Source of the DNA: an uncultured Clostridia bacterium
GTDB taxonomy: Bacteria > Bacillota > Clostridia > Christensenellales > Borkfalkiaceae
Direction of reading: 5' to 3'
DNA length: 64,000 bases
Assembly: GCA_944328665.1 (NCBI GenBank)
Contig: CALVHS010000030.1
Location: 12,951-76,950 of the forward strand
The stretch's first letter is position 1, and the number at the start of each line of letters is the position of its first letter. The notes under the pieces are model-generated. The model searched no databases. It was not told the origin of the DNA and was given only the letters and a program-made list of their open reading frames with translations. The position numbers were made by a program, and so were the translations under genes. This document shows, one piece after another, positions 61,466 through 64,000 of this stretch.

Positions 61466-63694
61466 ATGATAAAACTCATTCGCGGCGGCTGTTACTATAT
61501 GGACGGTGTGATGGTCAGGCAAAGCCAGGCATTCCGCACGTCTGCGGAAAAGGAAGCGGCGCGCAAAGGTACCATGACCTATCGCATCCTGAAGGAACAC
61601 AACAGGGGGGACGAAGAAAACCTGCGGATATCGTTCGACGCGATCGCCTCGCACGATATCACCTATGTCGGTATCATCCAGACGGCGAAGGCGAGCGGGC
61701 TTATGGAATTCCCTCTTCCCTATACCCTCACCAACTGCCATAATTCGCTGTGCGCGGTCGGCGGCACCATCAACGAGGACGATCACGTCTTCGGGCTTTC
61801 CGCCGCCCGAAAATACGGCGCAAATTTCGTGCCCCCGCATATCGCGGTCATCCATCAATATATGCGCGAGACGGAGGCAAAAGCGGGCAGGATGATCTTG
61901 GGCAGCGACTCGCATACCCGTTACGGCGCGCTCGGTACGCTGGGCATCGGCGAGGGCGGTCCCGAGCTCGTCAAACAGATCCTCAACCAGACGTACGACA
62001 TCAAACGCCCGGAGACGGTCGCCGTCTATCTGCGCGGCAGTCTCAAAAAGGGAGTGGGGCCGCAGGACGTCGCCATCGCCCTCTGCGGCGCCGTGTTCAA
62101 AAACGGGTTCGTTAAAAACAAGATCCTCGAATTTATCGGCCCCGGCATCAAAAATCTGTCGATGGACGTGCGCAACGGCATCGACGTGATGACGACGGAG
62201 ACGGCATGCCTTTCGTCCGTCTGGGAAACGGACGAAAAGACGCGCGAATATTACCGCATCCATGGCAGGGAAAAAGATTTCAAGGAAATGCATCCCGCCG
62301 ATCCCGCCTATTACGACTGCGGCATTTCCGTCAACCTTTCGACCATCGAGCCGATGATCGCGCTGCCCTTTCACCCGAGCAACGCCTATACCATCCGCGA
62401 ATTCAACGAGCACCCGCGGGAGATCCTTGCGGAAGCGGAGGCGATCGGCAGAAAACTCAAGGGGGACGACACGTTCACTCTTACCGATAAAGTGAAGGAC
62501 GGCAGGGTATACGTCGATCAGGGCATCATCGCCGGCTGTGCGGGCGGCATGTACGAGAACATCGTCGAGGCGTGCGAGATCCTCAAGGGCAAGTCGACGG
62601 GCGCGGGCGCGTTTTCGCTGAGCGTCTACCCGTCCTCGCAGCCCGTTTACCGCGCCTTGGTCGAAAACGGCTACGCCGCGCGGCTGATGGACGAGGGCGT
62701 CGTCTTGAAGACCGCCTTCTGCGGCCCCTGCTTCGGCGCAGGGGACGTGCCCGCCAACAACGGGCTTTCCATCCGTCACACGACCCGTAATTTTGAAAAT
62801 CGCGAAGGCAGCAAGCCTGCGGCGGGACAGCTGGCGGCGGTCGCGCTGATGGACGCGCGTTCCATCGCCGCCACGGCGGCAAACGGCGGCATCCTCACGC
62901 CCGCCACCGAGGCGGAATATGTGCGCCGGTTCCGCAAATATTTCTTTGACGCGGACATTTACCGCAGCCGCGTATACCGCGGCGCGGGCAGGGCGGACAG
63001 GGAAGCGCAGCTCGTCTACGGCCCCAACATCGCCGACTGGCCGCAGCAGATCCCGCTCGGCAAAAACCTGCTCATGCGCGCGGTCAGCGTGCTGACCGAT
63101 CCCGTGACGACGACGGACGAACTGATCCCTTCGGGAGAGACTTCCTCCTACCGTTCCAATCCGCTCAAGCTGGCGGAGTTCACCCTTTCCCGCAAAGACC
63201 CGCACTATGTCGCCAAGGCGAAGGCGGTCAAGGAGGACGAAGCGGTGCGCCGCGAGACGGGCAGGCTCCCCGAAGAGCTGCTCAAAAAGGTGGAAAAACT
63301 AGAGATCTCCGAGGAGGGCACGATCTACGGCAGCTGCATCGTCGCCGTAAAGCCGGGCGACGGCTCCGCGCGCGAACAGGCGGCGTCCTGTCAGCGCGTG
63401 CTCGGCGGCATCGCCAACATCGCCGTCGAATATGCCACCAAGCGATACCGCAGCAACCTCATCAACTGGGGGATGCTGCCCCTGACGGCGGAAAAGCCGC
63501 ACATCAAAGTGGGTGACTATATCTATATCGAAGGGATCGACGAGTATATCCGCCGCGGCGCCAAGCGCATCCCCGCAAAGCAGCTGAGCGGCGGCACGGT
63601 CAAGGACATCGTGTTCGGAATGGGCGCGTTGACGGAGGACGAAAAGAACATCATCCTCGACGGCTGTCTTATCAACTTCAACGCCGGTCGCTGA
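61466..63694 (+). CDS. Aconitase-family hydratase (aconitate hydratase-like, 742 aa)
   Basis: SD gagaggag precedes the ATG at 61466. The Fe-S ligand contexts GSDSHT and CGPCFG, the motif NRNFENREG, and a swivel domain at the C-terminus are present. Confidence 0.88.
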   Translation: MIKLIRGGCYYMDGVMVRQSQAFRTSAEKEAARKGTMTYRILKEHNRGDEENLRISFDAIASHDITYVGIIQTAKASGLMEFPLPYTLTNCHNSLCAVGGTINEDDHVFGLSAARKYGANFVPPHIAVIHQYMRETEAKAGRMILGSDSHTRYGALGTLGIGEGGPELVKQILNQTYDIKRPETVAVYLRGSLKKGVGPQDVAIALCGAVFKNGFVKNKILEFIGPGIKNLSMDVRNGIDVMTTETACLSSVWETDEKTREYYRIHGREKDFKEMHPADPAYYDCGISVNLSTIEPMIALPFHPSNAYTIREFNEHPREILAEAEAIGRKLKGDDTFTLTDKVKDGRVYVDQGIIAGCAGGMYENIVEACEILKGKSTGAGAFSLSVYPSSQPVYRALVENGYAARLMDEGVVLKTAFCGPCFGAGDVPANNGLSIRHTTRNFENREGSKPAAGQLAAVALMDARSIAATAANGGILTPATEAEYVRRFRKYFFDADIYRSRVYRGAGRADREAQLVYGPNIADWPQQIPLGKNLLMRAVSVLTDPVTTTDELIPSGETSSYRSNPLKLAEFTLSRKDPHYVAKAKAVKEDEAVRRETGRLPEELLKKVEKLEISEEGTIYGSCIVAVKPGDGSAREQAASCQRVLGGIANIAVEYATKRYRSNLINWGMLPLTAEKPHIKVGDYIYIEGIDEYIRRGAKRIPAKQLSGGTVKDIVFGMGALTEDEKNIILDGCLINFNAGR

Positions 63695-63708
63695 GGGGGG
63701 ATGCTTTC

Positions 63709-64000
63709 GTGCTGACTTTGTCCGATTATAAAGACGCGATCGATCTTATCTATAAGCCGAAGCCGCCCGTTTCCCTTACGGAAGAGGAAAAGAGCGCCAT
63801 CTGCGACGAGATGCTCGGCGTGCTTTTGGAAGAGCGCAACGAGATCGCCGCTTTCAGCTACCCCTATAAAGTCAAACGCGACCTCATTTGGGGGTATCTC
63901 AACGAGCGGCTGCCCAATCCCGTCACTCCGCGCTTCCTCGAGATCCAGGACAAGCTCTTTTGGGCGGAGACGCTGGAAAACGGCATCGTTTCTCTCGATT
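63709..64000 (+). CDS. Partial CDS (N-terminus only); resembles the N-terminal region of macro-domain protein-ADP-ribose hydrolases
   Basis: A GTG start lies 8 nt after a G-rich SD, and the ORF is open to the window end. The pattern ..LIWGYLNERLPNPVTPRFLEIQDKLF.. recalls the helical N-domain preceding macro domains. The domain itself is outside the window. Confidence 0.5.
   Translation, partial: MLTLSDYKDAIDLIYKPKPPVSLTEEEKSAICDEMLGVLLEERNEIAAFSYPYKVKRDLIWGYLNERLPNPVTPRFLEIQDKLFWAETLENGIVSLD

Noticed and set aside
1-64000. A search by eye for rRNA, tRNA, CRISPR repeats, transposase/integrase/phage genes and defence-system signatures.
   Set aside because: I found nothing I can support. Every intergenic region longer than ~150 nt is accounted for by T-box leaders, promoters/terminators, or the spacers flagged above. 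A tRNAscan, Infernal or CRISPR-finder run would be needed to exclude small RNAs formally.

Overview
This is a GC-rich, densely coding chromosomal segment. Its gene content (sigG, spoIIID, yunB, ylbJ, two T-box leaders, formate-THF ligase, GlnRS, iorAB/paaK) reads like an endospore-forming Clostridia-class Firmicute. I can support about 60 protein-coding genes, two T-box riboswitches, and a set of sigma-A-like promoters and intrinsic terminators. By eye I saw no rRNA, tRNA, CRISPR array, transposase or prophage genes. Most of 8.4-64 kb is ordinary housekeeping. The stand-out is the first ~7.5 kb. It holds two bacteriocin-type ABC exporters, then a tandem array of precursor-peptide genes (three intact, three decayed), then a single radical-SAM/SPASM maturase with an N-terminal extension. 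The precursors share a ~60-aa Nif11-like leader ending in VAGGG and carry unusually long (66-84 aa) cysteine-rich cores. This is a RiPP locus whose product I cannot assign to a described class. It is followed by a small leader-like ORF that overlaps the start of an ECF-type sigma factor. A second recurring signal is promoter -10 elements placed 6-7 nt from an ATG with no Shine-Dalgarno sequence (candidate leaderless mRNAs) at several genes. The many very long antisense ORFs in the supplied track look like GC-driven shadow frames. All homology statements are from reading the translations, not from database searches.
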